Source: Armatimonadota bacterium
GTDB taxonomy: Bacteria > Armatimonadota > Hebobacteria > CAIYQO01
Assembly: GCA_038248345.1 (NCBI GenBank)
Contig: JBBRXO010000024.1
Coordinates: 1 to 26,896, forward strand
Reading direction: 5' to 3'
Length of the DNA: 26,896 bases
Shown here: one piece after another, positions 24,060 to 26,896 of the stretch
Position numbering within the stretch: position 1 is the stretch's first letter
Layout: each line of letters opens with the position of its first letter
Notes under the pieces: model-generated
What the model was told of the DNA's origin: nothing
Database searches by the model: none
What the model saw: the letters and a program-made list of their open reading frames with translations, nothing else
Program-made: the position numbers and the translations under genes

Positions 24060-26675
24060 CTAAAAACCTAAACCACCCATCTCCTCCGCCGCATGCATTC
24101 CTTCGGTTATCGCGGCTACCGCGGTGCTGCCACCGTTGACGATGTCACCGCCCGCGTAGACGTTGGCGCGGCTCGTCTGGGTGGTGCCTTCGTCGGTGAC
24201 GATGTAGCCCCATTTGTTCAGCTTCACGCCGGGGAGCAGCTGGTCCAGCTGCGCCGGGGGCAGCTGGCCGATTGCCTCCACTACCAGGTCTACCTCCAGC
24301 AGGAACTCTGAGCCGGGTATTGCTACCGGAGCGCGGCGTCCGCTGGCGTCGGGGGCACCCAGCTGCGTACGCAGTATCTGCACGCCCATCAGGTTGCCAC
24401 GGTCATCGGTGATATAGGCAGCTGGCTGCGCCAATATGAGGAAATTCACCCCGCTGTCCAGCGCGTGGTTGCGTTCGTCCGGCCAGGCGGGCAGCTCGTT
24501 GAAGCTGCGGCGGTAGATGATATACACGTCCTCCGCGCCAGCGGTCACCGCTGATACCGCAGCATCCATGGCGCTGTTGCCGCCACCGATCACCGCCACG
24601 CGTTTGGGCGCTTGCAATTGGCCCTGCTTCACCTCGCGCAGGAAGTCCAGCGCGTCGAGCACGCCGTGCTCCGGGTGCGGGGTGTCCAGTTGCTGTGAGC
24701 GCGGCAGACCCAGACCGATGAAGACGGAGTCGTAGCCCTCGGCCAGCACCGAATCCAGGTTATATTCGGCGGTGAGCGGGGTGTTGCCCTTCCACTCTAG
24801 CCGCTGCGGGTCGGTCATGTCAAAGAGGCTGGCGATCTCGTCGCGCAGCACGTCTTTCGGCATACGCTCCGCCGGGATCGTCGCCTCTACCGTGCCTCCG
24901 GGGTTGGCGGCAGCGTCGATGATGGTCACCCGGAAGCCCTGCTCCAGCAGCCGCACCGCACAGGCGATGCCTGCTGGGCCGCCGCCGATAATTGCCGCGC
25001 GCTTGCCGTTCGGATCGGGCAGCGTCAGCCGAGTCCAGCCGTTCTTGCGTGCCACCAGCGAGACGTACTTCTGCAGTTGGCGTATGGGGATAGGCGCGAA
25101 ACCGAGGATATTCTCGATACAGCCCGCCTCGCACTGCACCTCTGCCGGGCAGACGTGGCTGCATATCTCCGGCAGCGCGTTGCACTTGCGCAGGATATCA
25201 TAGGCCGCGTGGTCGTTGCCATCGGCGATATTGCGCACGAAACCGGGCACATCCACGCCCGCCGGGCACATGTCCTGGCAGGTGGGGGTGGCGCAGACGC
25301 GGCATTTGCTCGCCAGCTCGCGCGAGAGGTCGGCGCTAAGCTTGCGGCCTTCGCGGTAGATGGGGCCATAGACGGCGCTGTCGCGCACCACGCAGCCACT
25401 GCGGCCGCCGTCGCGCATTATCTGCGTGCAGGCGGAGCAGGTGACGCAGGTTTTCTTCGGCTCCATGCCGCCATTGTTGATGATATCGCGCGCGAAATCG
25501 GGGTAGGCCAGCGCCCCGCGCCCGAGGCCGATCATCGTCGCTCCGCCACAGTTGATCACCGCTGCAGCGACATTGGGGAAGAACTGGCGCGGCCAGGTGT
25601 AGCCAGAGCCGATGACGTTGAGATCCGGGAACGCGTGCTGTACGCCGCTGATAATGTTGATGAAGCGCTCCAACGTCTGCAGCGGGTGCTCCTCCGGGGT
25701 GTACATGCCCTTGATGGGGAAGTCGAACGGGCGACCGAAGTGCGGATTGTAATACGGGTTGCCGATGGTGGTGTTCAGCCCGTGGTAGCCCGCCTCCATT
25801 AATAATTTTATCAACTGTTGTGGCTCGCTGAAGTCGGGCTTCAGATAATCGTCTTTGGAGACGCCCCAGCCATACGGGTACTCCAGCGCATCGTAGATGT
25901 TCAGCCGCGAGGATACCTCCAGCTCTGGCACCGCAGCGGCCACGCGGCGCGCGACATCCACCAGCAGGCGCACACGGTTCTCAAAGCTGCCGCCATAGCG
26001 GCTGTTCTCGCGCGTGAAGGAGGCGAGTAGCTCGCTCACCAGGTAGCGGTGACAGGCCTTGATATCCACCGCATCGAAGCCAACCTCCCGGGCCAGCTTC
26101 GCCGATGCTACATAGGCGTCCGCCAGGCTGTCCAGGTATTCGTCAGTGAGCAGCGGGGTGTCGTTGGTCACGTTGGAGCGGGAATCAATAATAGAATGGT
26201 GGGCGATAAGCGGGGCCGGTGGGCCTACCGGCTTGCTGTAGCGCCCGCTGTGCGTCAGTTGCAGCACCAGTGCCGGGCGGAAATTCGCCCCCATGGTCGA
26301 CTGCGCGGCGGCGTGCATGCGATCCACCAGCTCTTTGAAGGTGTCCTTGGTCTCCTCGGTGAGCATGATCTGCCGGGGGTTGGCGCGCCCCTCAGGCACC
26401 ACCGCGCACGCCTCCAGCCAGTGCATCCCGGCGCCGCCCGCGGCAAAGCGCTCGTACTTGCGCAGCGTCAGGTCAGATGGCCGTCCGTCGAGGTCAGCGT
26501 CGCAACCCTCCATCGGCTGCACCACCATGCGGTTCGGCACGGTAATCCGTCCAAATTGCACCGGCGTCGCCAGCACCTCCACCGCCTCGGTAACCGGGAT
26601 ATTCACCCCCAGCTCGTCGATTTTCCGCTGAAAATCACCCAGGGTCTTAAAACCAAACCGCTCAAAAGCCGCCAT
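24060..26675 (-). CDS. NADH:flavin oxidoreductase (OYE-like TIM barrel) fused to a PreT/GltD-like Fe-S/FAD/NAD(P)H module (ATG 26675; ORF track 26711)
   Basis: PNR-QPMEGCD, QLTHSGRYS, GFDAVDIKACHRYL, YGGSFENR and CxxCxxC..C. Then CRVCATPTCQDMCP, CSHVCP..CEAGC, GGGPAG, GGGNSAMD, YRR and AGGDIVNG. Confidence 0.88.
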   Translation of the reverse strand: MAAFERFGFKTLGDFQRKIDELGVNIPVTEAVEVLATPVQFGRITVPNRMVVQPMEGCDADLDGRPSDLTLRKYERFAAGGAGMHWLEACAVVPEGRANPRQIMLTEETKDTFKELVDRMHAAAQSTMGANFRPALVLQLTHSGRYSKPVGPPAPLIAHHSIIDSRSNVTNDTPLLTDEYLDSLADAYVASAKLAREVGFDAVDIKACHRYLVSELLASFTRENSRYGGSFENRVRLLVDVARRVAAAVPELEVSSRLNIYDALEYPYGWGVSKDDYLKPDFSEPQQLIKLLMEAGYHGLNTTIGNPYYNPHFGRPFDFPIKGMYTPEEHPLQTLERFINIISGVQHAFPDLNVIGSGYTWPRQFFPNVAAAVINCGGATMIGLGRGALAYPDFARDIINNGGMEPKKTCVTCSACTQIMRDGGRSGCVVRDSAVYGPIYREGRKLSADLSRELASKCRVCATPTCQDMCPAGVDVPGFVRNIADGNDHAAYDILRKCNALPEICSHVCPAEVQCEAGCIENILGFAPIPIRQLQKYVSLVARKNGWTRLTLPDPNGKRAAIIGGGPAGIACAVRLLEQGFRVTIIDAAANPGGTVEATIPAERMPKDVLRDEIASLFDMTDPQRLEWKGNTPLTAEYNLDSVLAEGYDSVFIGLGLPRSQQLDTPHPEHGVLDALDFLREVKQGQLQAPKRVAVIGGGNSAMDAAVSAVTAGAEDVYIIYRRSFNELPAWPDERNHALDSGVNFLILAQPAAYITDDRGNLMGVQILRTQLGAPDASGRRAPVAIPGSEFLLEVDLVVEAIGQLPPAQLDQLLPGVKLNKWGYIVTDEGTTQTSRANVYAGGDIVNGGSTAVAAITEGMHAAEEMGGLGF

Positions 26676-26896
26676 TATCTCTCCGCTTCCATATATATAG
26701 TATACCGCCAAGGATACCGTGAGAGGGAAGGGGGTGTCAATTCAATCGTAGCATGGGCGGGACGCCTGCGTACCCATGGATTGTAGCCCATGCTACGATT
26801 CAATTGACACCCCCTTCCCTCTCACGGTATCCTTAGCGGTATACTATATATATGGAAGCGGAGTGATTATGGCGGCTTTTGAGCGGTTTGGTTTTA
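26648..26896. repeat. Terminal fold-back: 111-bp inverted repeat with a 27-bp spacer
   Basis: 26648-26758 is the reverse complement of 26786-26896 with 4 mismatches. It runs to the last base of the window. Confidence 0.95.
26711..26740 (-). promoter_or_regulatory. Putative sigma70 promoter of the oxidoreductase
   Basis: TTGACA-18 nt-TATCCT on the minus strand; a TATACT also lies slightly downstream. Confidence 0.5.

Noticed and set aside
1291..26786. Numerous long antisense or alternative-frame ORFs (e.g. 1291..2049, 6325..7023, 25077..25802, 26049..26786)
   Set aside because: They are shadows of GC-rich genes with clear family motifs on the other strand or frame.
26648..26896. Hairpin telomere of a linear replicon
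   Set aside because: The context is housekeeping chromosome, no protelomerase is visible, the 27-bp spacer is non-palindromic and the arms have mismatches.

Overview
Bacterial chromosomal fragment, GC-rich with two visibly AT-rich inserts. The gene repertoire (cdaA-cdaR, LCP-rsfS, a DUF1559/H-X9-DG-like protein, a large FtsX permease plus PQQ propeller) suggests an Armatimonadota-like organism; this is an inference. The window starts in the 3' end of a group II intron (domains V-VI) inserted antisense into a frameshifted AT-rich gene downstream of tRNA-Glu(UUC). Next come cdaA-cdaR, a small membrane protein, purN, a DUF4132-like gene, murI, an exported DUF3352/DUF1559-like protein and an ABC ATPase plus permease. 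A decayed AT-rich islet (putative restriction-nuclease pseudogene and hicB pseudogene) separates these from a PQQ/BamB-type beta-propeller gene. Then follow cysS, a GH4 glycosidase, a hexose-6-phosphate mutarotase, a TPR membrane protein, rsfS, an LCP protein and an unusual Old-Yellow-Enzyme + PreT/GltD-like fusion oxidoreductase. Most of the longer intergenic spacers hold a different palindromic or tandem-repeat element (REP/REPIN/MITE-like). The window ends in a 111-bp near-perfect fold-back, which may be an artefact. I see no complete, clearly novel multi-gene system. The best leads are the fusion enzyme, the intron with a non-canonical triad, the decayed defence islet and the repeat collection.
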